Positions 36,919-46,867 are shown, counted from the stretch's first letter. The stretch: DNA of 64,000 bases from an uncultured Terriglobus sp. (GCA_964246795.1 CAXTRR010000013.1:2895-66894), one strand, 5' to 3'. The notes: generated by a model from the sequence alone, not told the origin. Made by a program: numbers and translations.

Positions 36919-37992
36919 TTACGCCACCGTCCGCCCGCGCACATTGCTTACGTAGTCCGGGTCGCCCCATCGGCTCTGCGGAATGCCCTGCGCCACGTAA
37001 CGAGCCTTGCGTTCCTCAGCGGTCACCTGCGCCCACTCGGCCTTGCCATGTTTGCCATCCGCGTCCAGCTTCACCTCGAGCAGACCGCCGGCCTGCCTGG
37101 CCACGTACTCATGAACCCGTCCGGCCTCGCCGTTATAAAGACGAAGCGTTTCGTTGTCCAGCATCTCCGGCGTAAAGGGCGCCAGCGTGACCTCCACCGC
37201 TGCCTTCCCAGCCGTTTTGCGATGCGCGTTGAAAGCACTCACCAACTCCTGAAACGCCGGGCTCGCGGCATAGGTGGTCAGGTAGTGCCGCGCGGCCTGC
37301 TGCTTCTGTTCAAAGAGCGCCAGCGCCGCCCGCAGGTTCGCCTGCCAGTGCCAGACTTCATCGTCCGTCGGCGCGGGGATGGTGATCTGGCCCAGGCCCA
37401 CACCGCCCAGGTTGTCGCCGCTGAAGAGCGGATAGCCCGCACCCTCGCCCTTCGTCCCAAACTGCCGCAGGCCGGACTCCGCCATCATCAGCTTTAGCAG
37501 GAGCTCCGGCGCACCCTCCGCTCGCAGCAATGCCGCCGTAGGATTGGTGCCCAGCACCGGCACCTTTGCGGACGCCGTCGCCTGCTTGCCATCCACCGTC
37601 GCGGTCACATTCACGGTAAGCGTACCGCCGCGCACCGCCGTAAACGGTACGATGAACTCTGCCGCTTCCGTCATCGCACGCATGGCCGGATGCCGCGTGA
37701 CCCGGCCCATGGCATGCGGCACGCCGGCCGGCTCCAGCTCCAGCGTCGCGGTCCACTCAAAGCGTTGGGGCGGCGTATGGCTGAAGAACTCGCAAACCGC
37801 CTTCACCGCCGGCATCTGCCCGTGCTGGTCGATCATGAACCGGGAGAGCGGCGGCTCAAAGCGGAGCTTGACAGCAGCCGGGCCGGCCTCGCCCTCGGCC
37901 CACACCCGCTCCAGCACAAGCTCATACAAACGCAGGTAACGCCGGCGAGCTTTCTGCCCGGAGGCACGGTGAAATCCGGGCCTTCGCTTCAC
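36919..37992 (-). CDS. Lysozyme-like/SLT-domain protein without signal peptide, N-terminal beta-rich domain
   Basis: GTG 37992 overlaps the LacI-gene stop (GTGA). The C-terminal half carries lytic-transglycosylase-like motifs LMMAESGLRQF (E-S), GVGLGQIT (GLxQ), and LRLYNGE (YNxG). Confidence 0.55.
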   Translation of the reverse strand: MKRRPGFHRASGQKARRRYLRLYELVLERVWAEGEAGPAAVKLRFEPPLSRFMIDQHGQMPAVKAVCEFFSHTPPQRFEWTATLELEPAGVPHAMGRVTRHPAMRAMTEAAEFIVPFTAVRGGTLTVNVTATVDGKQATASAKVPVLGTNPTAALLRAEGAPELLLKLMMAESGLRQFGTKGEGAGYPLFSGDNLGGVGLGQITIPAPTDDEVWHWQANLRAALALFEQKQQAARHYLTTYAASPAFQELVSAFNAHRKTAGKAAVEVTLAPFTPEMLDNETLRLYNGEAGRVHEYVARQAGGLLEVKLDADGKHGKAEWAQVTAEERKARYVAQGIPQSRWGDPDYVSNVRGRTVA

Positions 37993-39200
37993 CGCAGCTT
38001 CTCCGCCCCGCCCGGCCGCGTCCCCACCGGCGCGGTCGACTCACGCACCACAAACTCCGGCTCCAGCATGATCTCCTCGGATGGTTCCGAACTGTCCGCC
38101 GCCGCGATCGCCTCCAGCAGTTTGGCCGCCGCCACCTCGCCCATGCGGCGCAGCGGCTGGCGCACCGTGGTGAGCGCCGGATTCTGGAAGGCCGCGGCCT
38201 GGATGTCGTCAAAACCCACAACGGACACATCCTCCGGCACGCGCCGCCCGGCCTCCCGCAGCGCACGGATGGCTCCAATCGCCGAGATGTCGTTGAACGC
38301 CAGCAGCGCCGTAAACGCCTCGCCACGGGCCAGCAGCCTGCGGGCGGCCAGATACCCCGGCTCATGCGTCGGCAGGTCTTCTTCCAGCTGCGCCACCAGA
38401 GCCTCCGCAATGCGAAGGCCACGCCGCGCTGCCGCCGCCTGCACCGCATCCCATCGCACCGCCGAGTCGGCGCTGAAGCTCTGACCGCGGATCACGGCGA
38501 TCCGGCGATGGCCCAGCTCCAGCAGATGATCCAGCGCCATCTCCACACCGCGCGCCTGATCCAGCAGCACATGGGTGCCGCGGCCCAGCGCATGAGCCGC
38601 GCCGGCGAACGGCTCCTGCGAGCTCGGGTGCAACACCTCGTCAGCCGTCCCGCTCTCTGCATTTCGCCGGCCCGCCACCGTCACCAGCGGCACCTTTGCC
38701 GTGCACGGGAATGTGGTGTCGATGGCCAGGATTCCATCCACCGCGCGATCGGTCATGCCGCGCTGCGAGCGGTGCATCACCTCCGCCGAGTGGTGGTGCG
38801 AGTTCAGCAAAAAGGCATACCCGGCCGGCAGCAGCACCTTCTCCACACCCGCCAGCACAGCGGTAATGTAACCCTCGGAAAGCTCCGGCACCAGCACACC
38901 CGCCGTCATGGACCGGCCCTGCCGCAGTGACCGCGCCAGCAGATTCGGCCGGTAGCCAAACTGCTCGGCCGCCGCCACAATGCGCTGCTGCGTTGCCTCC
39001 GGGATGGACCGCGCCGCCGGCGCGCCGCTCAGCACCCGCGAGATCGCCGCGGTAGAAAGCCCCAAATGCTCTGACAAGGTCGCCAGCGAAACCGTTACCT
39101 GCTTTACGCGGGTGGACGTCCGCGGCGTGAGTTCATTCGCTCTGCGCGAAGGAGTCTTCGTGTCGGGCATCGCTGCATTCTTGCGAGGGGGGATCGTCAT
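37989..39200 (-). CDS. LacI-family transcriptional regulator
   Basis: HTH VSLATLSEHLGLSTAAISRVLSGAPAARSIPEATQQRIVAAAEQFGYRPNLLARSLRQG plus a periplasmic-binding-protein-like sugar-binding core. ATG at 39200 (or 39170). Confidence 0.9.
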   Translation of the reverse strand: MTIPPRKNAAMPDTKTPSRRANELTPRTSTRVKQVTVSLATLSEHLGLSTAAISRVLSGAPAARSIPEATQQRIVAAAEQFGYRPNLLARSLRQGRSMTAGVLVPELSEGYITAVLAGVEKVLLPAGYAFLLNSHHHSAEVMHRSQRGMTDRAVDGILAIDTTFPCTAKVPLVTVAGRRNAESGTADEVLHPSSQEPFAGAAHALGRGTHVLLDQARGVEMALDHLLELGHRRIAVIRGQSFSADSAVRWDAVQAAAARRGLRIAEALVAQLEEDLPTHEPGYLAARRLLARGEAFTALLAFNDISAIGAIRALREAGRRVPEDVSVVGFDDIQAAAFQNPALTTVRQPLRRMGEVAAAKLLEAIAAADSSEPSEEIMLEPEFVVRESTAPVGTRPGGAEKLR

Positions 39201-39266
39201 CGCGGGGCTCGATAAGGAGTGTTGCACAAATCTCGCGGTACACCGTCTCTTCCTGTTTCTGAGGGG

Positions 39267-39296
39267 TTGACAGCGGCATCGGCAAAGGAGCACATT
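39267..39296 (+). promoter_or_regulatory. Sigma-70-type promoter candidate for the TBDR/glycosidase operon
   Basis: TTGACA (39267-39272), an 18-nt spacer, then CACATT. Lies in the divergent LacI/TBDR intergenic region. Confidence 0.35.
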
Positions 39297-39303
39297 CACC
39301 AGT

Positions 39304-39317
39304 GGCAATCGATTGCC
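39304..39317. promoter_or_regulatory. Perfect 14-bp palindrome, LacI-family operator candidate
   Basis: GGCAATCGATTGCC has a central CG and AAnCGnTT-like core, as in LacI/GalR operators. Located just downstream of the candidate promoter and 50 nt upstream of the TBDR start. Confidence 0.5.
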
Positions 39318-39367
39318 CATCCCTATCTCGTTACAGGCAATCCAGGGCCCTTTCCAGGAGGCACCAC

Positions 39368-42300
39368 ATGCACCACCGTTCCGGCCAACTCCCAGGCACC
39401 AAAAGAACAGCCGCCAGCCGTAGGCCGGCCTCAACGCTGCTCCACCTCTCGGCCGCCGCCACCATGCTCTGCGCCACCGCCGCCTTCGGCCAGTTCCGCG
39501 CCTCCATCACCGGCACGGTCGCCGATCCCACGGGCGCGGTCATCCCCAACGCGACGGTCACCCTGGTCGACGTGGAGACCAACAAGACCCTGACCGCCAC
39601 CAGCAATGCCAGCGGCGTCTACACCTTCAACGCGCTGCCGTCCGACCACTTCACCATCACGGCAAAAGCGCCGGGCTTCAACGACAAAATCATCCAGAAC
39701 CTCACCATCACGCCGGAACAGGCCAACAACGTCGACATCGCGCTGGCAATTGGTGACAACAACACGAGCGTCACAGTCAACGGCGAAGACGTTCCGCCAC
39801 TGGAAACCTCCACCGGCTCCATCAGCGGCACGATCACTGCCCAGGACATTCAGCACCTGCCTTCCGCGGGCCGCGACGTCTTCCAGCTGACGCAACTCAC
39901 ACCCGGCGTCTTCGGCGATGGCCAGCACGGCGCGGGCGGCGGTACCAACAGCCTGCCCGGGAACCAGGGACCAGGCGGCACCAGCAATACGGATGGCGTG
40001 TTTAAGACGGAGAACGGCCCGCAGGCTCAGTCCGCCGGCGGCCAGTATGAGACCAATAGCATCAACGTGGACGGCATCAGCACGGTTTCCGCGGTGTGGG
40101 GTGGCACGACCGTGATCACGCCCAACGAAGATTCCATCGACAACGTAAAGGTGACCAGCAACGGCTACGACGCCGAATTTGGCCGCTTCAGCGGTGCCAA
40201 TACCCAAGTCACCACCAAGAGCGGTACGAACCAGTTTCATGGCAGCGCCTTTTTCCGCGTAGCGCGGCCAGGGTTGAATGCTTTCCAGCGCTACAACGGC
40301 CCCGGCACGTTGTCGCCCGTGACCCTCGATCCCGGCGTTGCGGATACAAACGTCAACCGTGCCGCGAAGCGTGGCCTGTTGCGCGACACTGCGCGTTACA
40401 ACGACATTGGCGGCAGCTTCGGCGGTCCCATCCTCAAAAACCGCGTCTTCGCTTTCTTTGCCTATGAAACCATCCGGAACAGCACGGCTTCGACTAACAA
40501 CGCCTGGTATGAGACGCCGGCCTTCGATCAAACCGTGACCGCCGCGGTCTACGCAGGATCCATCGCGAACCGTTATCTCACCTTCCCGGGCAACGGCATT
40601 GTCGGCGCGACCGCGATTTCCTCCACCTGCGCCATCGCCGGTCTCGCCGAGGGCCCAAACTGCCGCACGGTGAACGGCGGCATCGATATCGGTTCGCCGC
40701 TGCGCACAGCCCGCGGCACGCAGGATCCAACATACGTCTCCAGCACCACGCCCGGCATTGGTGGCGGCCTGGACGGCGTCCCCGACCTGGTTCAGTACCA
40801 GACCGCCACGCCCTCCTCACAAACGCAGGTGCAATACAACGGACGGCTCGACGGCGATGCCACACAGAAGGATCATCTCGCCTTTGCGATCTATTGGCAG
40901 CCTGCCAGCAATCACTTCATCAACGGCCCAGCCCGCGCCTACAACCAGTGGAACCACAACCAGATCAACGATGCGTTCTCCGTCATCTGGAATCACACCT
41001 TCTCGCCGAGCCTGCTGAATGAGGCGCGCGCCAATGCGGCAGGCTGGCGCTGGAATGAGGTCACGGACAATCCGCAGGCACCCTTTGGCCTGCCCGTCGG
41101 CAGTATTAACGGTCTGCCTAACATCGCACAGCAACCCTTCGGCGCTTCAGGTCCAAGCCACCTGAACCAGTGGACGTACGGCTACAAGGATGTGGCCACT
41201 AAAATCGTCAAGACCCATACAATCAAGTTCGGCGCGGATGTTACCCAACTGCACTACCTGCAGGATGCCGTGTATGCGGCCCGGCCCAGCTTCACCTTCT
41301 ATAACATCTGGAACTTTCTCAATGATGCTCCATACAACGAGAGTGGCACCTTCAGCCGCTTCACCGGCATCCCGTTTTCCAATCGCTACGATATGCGCGA
41401 GTGGATTTATGGGGCCTTTGTGCAGGACGACTGGAAAGCTACCCAGAACCTGACGATCAATGTGGGTCTGCGTTACAACTACTTCGACGCGCTCTCCTCC
41501 AAGCAGGGCAATTTGCCCCACGCCGTGCTTGGTCAGGGTCCAGCGGCCTTTACCGGTCTTTCCCTGGTGCGCGGCGGCAATTCCTGGGTGCCTCAAAAAG
41601 GCAACGTCGGCCCGCAGATCGGCTTTGCCTATAACCCCGATTTCCTGAACAAGAAGTTTGTGATTCGCGGCGGTTATGGCCTGAATTACAACCAGGAAGA
41701 GATCGCGATTGCAGCCAATCAGTCCAATAGTCCCAACGATGCAGTCTCACCTTCTTTCAACAACAGCACACCGCTTGTTGCCGATCCCCGTATTCAATAC
41801 AACATTCCGAGTGATTCCAAATCGCTCTTCGGCTATGCCTCCAATCCGAATACCATCACGAACTACGGCGCGAATGGTCTGCCTCTAAATGGGACATTCA
41901 ACCTGACGACCGTACCGTATCACCTAAAAACTCAGCAGACGCACCACTACTCGCTGGAGATCCAGGGCGACCTCGGCCACAAGATGGTCGCTTCCGCCAC
42001 CTACCAGGGCAGCATTGCGCACCACCTGATCTATCACCAGAATGCCTATCTTTACGGCCAGTATCACGGTGCCGCATTCAACCCGGCCAGCTCTTATATC
42101 GAAAGCTTCGGCGACAATGGCGGCTCAAACTACAACGCCTTGATTGCCGACCTGAAACATAACTTCGCTCACCAATTCTCAGTGGACGCCAGCTTTGTCT
42201 GGTCCAAGAGCATGGATGATAGCTCTGGCCCCTTCGAGATCGATCCATACACTTACAATCCGTACTTCAGTCGCGGACGCTCCGATTACAACGTGGGTAA

Positions 42301-42916
42301 GGCGCTCAAGATCTACGGGCAGTATGCGCCCAAGTTTTACTACGGCAGTAACTCCTTCGCCAGGATTGCTCTGAACGGCTTCAATATCAGCGGCATTTAC
42401 AACCTGCACACCGGCTTTCCCTGGACGCCGACGCGCAATTACGGAACCAATGCCTACTACACGGGCAGCGGTTACGGCACGTTGCGTCCGACGGCTTATC
42501 TGGGCGGGGCGGGCCACAACACCGGCAACCAGGCCTTTGAATCCACCGGCCTAAGTCCAAATTACAGCCGCGGTGGAACCAGTTACTTCAGCACCTATGA
42601 TCCCGCACAGATTACTGCGAGTTCCTCTGCTTTTCCGGCACCCATTACCTTCTTCCCAACCCCGGGCGTTGCACGGAACACACTGGATGGGCCACGCTAT
42701 CAGGCACTGGACACAACGGTGACCAAAGCTTTCGGTATCCCCAATAAGTACCTTGGGGAGCGGACAGGCGTCGAGTTTCGGGTGGATGCTTTCAACGTTC
42801 TGAATAACACCAACTTAACCGGTCCTCAGGGTGACGTCACCAGCACATCTTTCGGCGTCGCCAGCGGCGGATTGGCCGGCCGCCAAGTGCAGATGCAGGC
42901 GCGGGTCAGCTTCTAA
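39368..42916 (+). CDS. TonB-dependent outer-membrane receptor with carboxypeptidase-regulatory-like domain
   Basis: AGGAGG RBS and ATG at 39368. Signal peptide, then SITGTVADPTGAVIPNATVTLVDVETNKTLTATSNASGVYTFNALPSDHFTITAKAPGF, a plug, and a large barrel ending ...QARVSF. Confidence 0.9.
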   Translation: MHHRSGQLPGTKRTAASRRPASTLLHLSAAATMLCATAAFGQFRASITGTVADPTGAVIPNATVTLVDVETNKTLTATSNASGVYTFNALPSDHFTITAKAPGFNDKIIQNLTITPEQANNVDIALAIGDNNTSVTVNGEDVPPLETSTGSISGTITAQDIQHLPSAGRDVFQLTQLTPGVFGDGQHGAGGGTNSLPGNQGPGGTSNTDGVFKTENGPQAQSAGGQYETNSINVDGISTVSAVWGGTTVITPNEDSIDNVKVTSNGYDAEFGRFSGANTQVTTKSGTNQFHGSAFFRVARPGLNAFQRYNGPGTLSPVTLDPGVADTNVNRAAKRGLLRDTARYNDIGGSFGGPILKNRVFAFFAYETIRNSTASTNNAWYETPAFDQTVTAAVYAGSIANRYLTFPGNGIVGATAISSTCAIAGLAEGPNCRTVNGGIDIGSPLRTARGTQDPTYVSSTTPGIGGGLDGVPDLVQYQTATPSSQTQVQYNGRLDGDATQKDHLAFAIYWQPASNHFINGPARAYNQWNHNQINDAFSVIWNHTFSPSLLNEARANAAGWRWNEVTDNPQAPFGLPVGSINGLPNIAQQPFGASGPSHLNQWTYGYKDVATKIVKTHTIKFGADVTQLHYLQDAVYAARPSFTFYNIWNFLNDAPYNESGTFSRFTGIPFSNRYDMREWIYGAFVQDDWKATQNLTINVGLRYNYFDALSSKQGNLPHAVLGQGPAAFTGLSLVRGGNSWVPQKGNVGPQIGFAYNPDFLNKKFVIRGGYGLNYNQEEIAIAANQSNSPNDAVSPSFNNSTPLVADPRIQYNIPSDSKSLFGYASNPNTITNYGANGLPLNGTFNLTTVPYHLKTQQTHHYSLEIQGDLGHKMVASATYQGSIAHHLIYHQNAYLYGQYHGAAFNPASSYIESFGDNGGSNYNALIADLKHNFAHQFSVDASFVWSKSMDDSSGPFEIDPYTYNPYFSRGRSDYNVGKALKIYGQYAPKFYYGSNSFARIALNGFNISGIYNLHTGFPWTPTRNYGTNAYYTGSGYGTLRPTAYLGGAGHNTGNQAFESTGLSPNYSRGGTSYFSTYDPAQITASSSAFPAPITFFPTPGVARNTLDGPRYQALDTTVTKAFGIPNKYLGERTGVEFRVDAFNVLNNTNLTGPQGDVTSTSFGVASGGLAGRQVQMQARVSF

Positions 42917-42942
42917 GCTGGATGTGCTGCCGTCCGAGGAGA

Positions 42943-42966
42943 GGCGACCGTAAGCCGGTCGCCTTT
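42943..42966 (+). terminator. Hairpin/partial terminator after the TBDR gene
   Basis: GGCGACCG-TAAGC-CGGTCGCC (8-bp stem) followed by TTTCCC. Confidence 0.4.
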
Positions 42967-43013
42967 CCCGACTGATATCTTATTCCGAACAAATTCCAGA
43001 AGGATTCCAGGCA

Positions 43014-44606
43014 ATGCGATTGCATTTTCGCTCACAATTCTCTGCGACCATGGCTGCAGCTCTGAGCGGTCTGGTGCTGGCATCCTCGATCGCGGCGCAG
43101 TCAGCACCCGAACGTATCACTATTGACGCTTCCGCCAAGACGACGCCCTTCCCTCATTTTTGGGAGCAGACCTTTGGCTCAGGGCGCGCAATTCTTTCTC
43201 TGCGCGAGAGCTACCGCAACGACCTGCGCACGGTAAAGCAGGCCACCGGCTTTCAGGCGATCCGCTTTCACGGCATCCTGATGGACGAAGTGGGCCTGTA
43301 TGATCCGGGCCGCGTGACGCAAGACCCCGGCCTCGCCGCGCGCAAGGCCGCGGATGTCTCCCCATATAACTTCGTTTACATCAACGAGATTTACGACGGT
43401 CTGCTCGCCAACGGCGTGAAGCCCTTTGTCGAAATCAGCTTCATGCCGCGGCAGATGGCGGCCGATCCGAACATCAAGCAGGCCTTCTGGTACCAGCCCA
43501 TCGTCTCGCCGCCCAAGGACTATGCGCAGTGGGACGCGATGATGAAGGCCTTTGCCGCGCACCTGATCGAGCGTTACGGCATCGAGGAGGTGAGCACGTG
43601 GCGCTTTGAAGTGTGGAACGAGCCCAACCTCGACTTCTGGGGCGGCAACCCGCGCCAGGCGACTTACTGGGAGTTATACGACCACACCGCGCGCGCTCTC
43701 AAGTCCGTCTCGCCCCGGCTGCAGGTGGGCGGCCCTTCGACGGCGCAGGCCGCGTGGGTTACGCCGTTTCTGCAGCATGTGAAAGCCGCCAAGGTGCCGG
43801 TGGATTTTGTCTCCACCCACGTCTACGCGAATGACACCGCCGACAACGTGATGGGCACGACGGAGAACATCCCGCGCGAGACAATGGTGGCGCGCGCCGT
43901 GGCAAAGGTGCACGGGGAAATCCTGCACTCGCCCTACCCGAAGCTGCCGCTCATCTTCAGCGAGTACAACGCCAGCTACTCCAACGAGCCGAATGTAACA
44001 GACTCGACCTTCATCGGGCCGTGGCTCGCCAACACGATCCGCCTGACGGACGGCATGGTGCAGGACATGGCGTACTGGTGCTTCTCCGACGTGTTTGAGG
44101 AGCAGGGCGTGAATCACACGCCGTTCTACGGCGGCTTCGGCCTGCTGGCGGCGGAAGGCATTCCCAAGCCGTCACTGAATGTCTTCCGCGCGCTGCACAC
44201 GCTGGGCGACCGGCGCATCGCGGTCACCAGCACCTCCGCGCTGGCCACGGAAAGCAGGGACGCCGTCACGCTGGCACTGTGGAACTACACGCCCCCTGTG
44301 GGCGAGGGGCCCGCGTACACCACGCCGCCCGCATCGCTCGGCCCGGAGCACACCTTCACCGTGCACCTGGACCACATCGCCAAGAACGCCCGCGTGGAGT
44401 TGCTGCGCGTGGACCCAACCCACGGCAACGTGCTGGCCGCTTTTGACAGGATGGGCCGCCCCCCCGCCGACCTCTCGCGGCAGCAGGTAAAACAGCTGAA
44501 AGCCGCCGGTGCCATGGCGCCTGCGGAACAGACGCAACTGCAAAACGGCGACCTGACCCTCACCGTCCCAGCGCAGGGTCTGGCCGTCGTGCGCGTGGCG
44601 AGGTAA
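43014..44606 (+). CDS. Glycoside hydrolase family 39-like (beta-xylosidase/clan GH-A)
   Basis: Signal peptide. WRFEVWNEPNLDFWGG (acid/base NEP motif) and LIFSEYN (nucleophile region). Beta-sandwich C-terminal domain. Confidence 0.8.
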   Translation: MRLHFRSQFSATMAAALSGLVLASSIAAQSAPERITIDASAKTTPFPHFWEQTFGSGRAILSLRESYRNDLRTVKQATGFQAIRFHGILMDEVGLYDPGRVTQDPGLAARKAADVSPYNFVYINEIYDGLLANGVKPFVEISFMPRQMAADPNIKQAFWYQPIVSPPKDYAQWDAMMKAFAAHLIERYGIEEVSTWRFEVWNEPNLDFWGGNPRQATYWELYDHTARALKSVSPRLQVGGPSTAQAAWVTPFLQHVKAAKVPVDFVSTHVYANDTADNVMGTTENIPRETMVARAVAKVHGEILHSPYPKLPLIFSEYNASYSNEPNVTDSTFIGPWLANTIRLTDGMVQDMAYWCFSDVFEEQGVNHTPFYGGFGLLAAEGIPKPSLNVFRALHTLGDRRIAVTSTSALATESRDAVTLALWNYTPPVGEGPAYTTPPASLGPEHTFTVHLDHIAKNARVELLRVDPTHGNVLAAFDRMGRPPADLSRQQVKQLKAAGAMAPAEQTQLQNGDLTLTVPAQGLAVVRVAR

Positions 44607-44609
44607 GCC

Positions 44610-46109
44610 ATGATCGATCCATCTGACGATGATCTGGGTGCCCCACGTCTCGATTCTGAGACGTGGGTTCTACCGCCTGCACGATCCAATCTGCTGACTC
44701 GCCGCCATGCGCTCACGATGCTCACCGGGGCTGCCGCCTCTGTCCTCCTGCCTGGACGCAATGAAGCTCAGAGAGCCCGTCAGCCTGCAGTACCTCACCG
44801 CTTCATGCCCTTCCGCCTCAACCGCGCCGACGACGCCTTTCTGGACGACATGGAGCGGCGCGCCTGCCTCTATTTCGTGGAGCAGGCCGGTGCCGAGAGC
44901 GGCCAGGTGCTGGACCGTGCGGCCTTTTACGGCAACGGCGGCAAGATCGATCCGCGGCCCATGGCCAGCATCGCCGCCACGGGCTTCGGCCTGACGGCGC
45001 TCTGCATCGGCGACCGCCGCGGCTATCTCTCCCACGCCGCCGCGCGCGCACAGGTGCTGCGTACGCTCCGCTTCCATGCGGAAGACCTGCCGCATGAGCA
45101 CGGCTTCTTCTACCACTTCAACGACGTGACCACCGGCAAGCCTTTCGCCTTTAGCGAGGTGTCTTCCATTGACACGGCGCTGCTGCTCTGCGGCGTGCTC
45201 ACCGCGCGCGCCCACTTTGCGAGTGACCCGGAGATCGTGCGCCACGCCACCACCATTTACGAGCGCGTGGACTGGCCATGGATGCTGAACGGCGGCACGC
45301 TCTTCCGCATGGGCTGGAACCCGGAGCGCACCCTGAAGGGCAAGCCCGCCGCCGTTGCCGTGGGAGCAAACGGCAAACCTGTGCAGCCTGGCAAACCCGT
45401 CCCCGTCGCGCCAGACATCGTGCGCCCCGCCGCCTTTCTGGACGCCACCTGGAACCACTACTGCGAGCTCATGATGATTCCTCTGCTCGCTCTCGGCTCC
45501 TCCACCTTTCACGTGGACGCTGACGTTTGGTCCGCCTGGTCAAGGCCAGAGAAGACCTACGGCGGCATCACTTACATCACCGGCGACGACCCGCTCTTTA
45601 CCCACCAGTACAGCCACGCCTGGTTCGACTTCCGCGGCAAGCGCGACGCCTTTACCGACTATTTCGATAATTCGATCAAGGCGACACGCGCGCACCGTGC
45701 CTTCTGTCTCGGCCTGGGTGCGCCCTATGCGGCCGATTATTGGGGCATCAGTGCCTCCGACTCGGCGACGGGCTACCAGGCCTGGGGCGGTCCGCCCGCA
45801 CTCGGCCGCATTGACGGCAGCGTGGTGCCGAACGCGACGGCCGGCTCCCTGCCCTTTCTGCCCGCCGAATGCCTGGCCGTGCTGCGCCACCTGCACAGCC
45901 GCTATGCCGGAAAAGGCTGGAACCGCTACGGCTTTGCCGATGCCCTGAACCCGGAGAAGAACTGGTACGACGCCGACGTTCTCGGCATCGACCTCGGTAT
46001 CGGCATGCTCATGGCAGAGAACCTGCGCAGTGGCTTCGTATGGCAAACCTTCGCGCGCAATCGCGAGGTGGGCACCGCCATGCAGCGGGCAGGCTTCCGC
46101 GCAGGCTAG
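44610..46109 (+). CDS. Glucoamylase-like (PF10091/DUF3131) protein, GH144-type endo-beta-1,2-glucanase candidate
   Basis: Tat-like signal LLTRRHALTMLTGAAASVLLP. Motifs ASIAATGFGLTALCIG, HGFFYHFNDVTTGKP, SSIDTALLLCGVL, HQYSHAWFDFRGKRD, WGISASDS and RYGFADALNP are typical of this (alpha/alpha)6 family. Confidence 0.75.
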   Translation: MIDPSDDDLGAPRLDSETWVLPPARSNLLTRRHALTMLTGAAASVLLPGRNEAQRARQPAVPHRFMPFRLNRADDAFLDDMERRACLYFVEQAGAESGQVLDRAAFYGNGGKIDPRPMASIAATGFGLTALCIGDRRGYLSHAAARAQVLRTLRFHAEDLPHEHGFFYHFNDVTTGKPFAFSEVSSIDTALLLCGVLTARAHFASDPEIVRHATTIYERVDWPWMLNGGTLFRMGWNPERTLKGKPAAVAVGANGKPVQPGKPVPVAPDIVRPAAFLDATWNHYCELMMIPLLALGSSTFHVDADVWSAWSRPEKTYGGITYITGDDPLFTHQYSHAWFDFRGKRDAFTDYFDNSIKATRAHRAFCLGLGAPYAADYWGISASDSATGYQAWGGPPALGRIDGSVVPNATAGSLPFLPAECLAVLRHLHSRYAGKGWNRYGFADALNPEKNWYDADVLGIDLGIGMLMAENLRSGFVWQTFARNREVGTAMQRAGFRAG

Positions 46110-46296
46110 GGGGTCGACAGTCGCTGACAGTTCATCTTTCGAATCCTGATTGAGAGCACTGCCTCAACGCGAATGCGTTTCCAGGTGAGTGTCCTCCCAA
46201 GCACTCTTACACTCTCCTTTCAGTGCGTATCACACCTTGAAGTGCCTACTTCCTGAAAGCGTTGCCTCTCTGTAGAGTCGCGAATACGGAGCCACG

Positions 46297-46656
46297 ATGC
46301 GTACAAAACTGTTTTACGGCGCCTATGGCTGGCTTCTTTTTTCCGGCTTCCTCCACTTCGGAATCGATGTTGTTTCTCAGTACCTGAGACATAAACGGCC
46401 TCCCGGGCCTGAGGCCACCCTCTACTACGGCCTGAACACTTCATATGCGCTTGGACAGGCCGTCTTTGCAGGATTGGCACTGCTTCTGCTGCGAAGCGGC
46501 AGCCCATTGCTGGGCCAATGGCAAGCCTTGGCTCTCGGCTTTTTTGCAGCCGCGGCCTGGCTCGCCATTAGCAATCTTTTTATTGAGTATCCCCAACCCC
46601 GTATTGTGGCGGCAATCTTCGCTGTGCTGCTCGCCGCCGCGGCTTTCACTCACTAA
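46297..46656 (+). CDS. Hypothetical small membrane protein (4 TM)
   Basis: 119-aa hydrophobic ORF (MRTKLFYGAYGWLLFSGFLHFGIDV...). No family recognised. Confidence 0.45.
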   Translation: MRTKLFYGAYGWLLFSGFLHFGIDVVSQYLRHKRPPGPEATLYYGLNTSYALGQAVFAGLALLLLRSGSPLLGQWQALALGFFAAAAWLAISNLFIEYPQPRIVAAIFAVLLAAAAFTH

Positions 46657-46671
46657 AGGAGAAACACCGCG

Positions 46672-46760
46672 AAGCTGACCAACAACACCGTCCTAATTGC
46701 CGGCGGAACCAGGGGGTCTCGGTCTTGAACTGGCAAAGCAGCTCATCGTCAATCGGCAAA
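46672..46760 (+). pseudogene. Remnant of an SDR gene (first ~30 codons only, frameshifted)
   Basis: An AAGGAG RBS is retained at 46657-46662. It reads KLTNNTVLIAGGTRG, a 1-nt shift, then GLGLELAKQLIVNRQK*, i.e. the TGxxxGxG Rossmann start of an SDR. There is no ATG and no continuation. Confidence 0.4.
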
Positions 46761-46773
46761 AGTAGTCCTGTAG

Positions 46774-46826
46774 GCGAAAAGGATCTGCTCCTTCCAAAGC
46801 TTTCCAGCTCCGGGAGAAGCAGATCC
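46774..46826 (-). terminator. Candidate katG terminator
   Basis: Minus strand: GGATCTGCT...AGCAGATCC (9-bp stem, large loop) followed by TTTTCGCC. A second hairpin CTTGTTT-N10-AAACAAG lies at 46827-46850. Confidence 0.4.
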
Positions 46827-46867
46827 CTTGTTTACGTCTCTTCAAACAAGAGATTTTGCTGGCCAGA

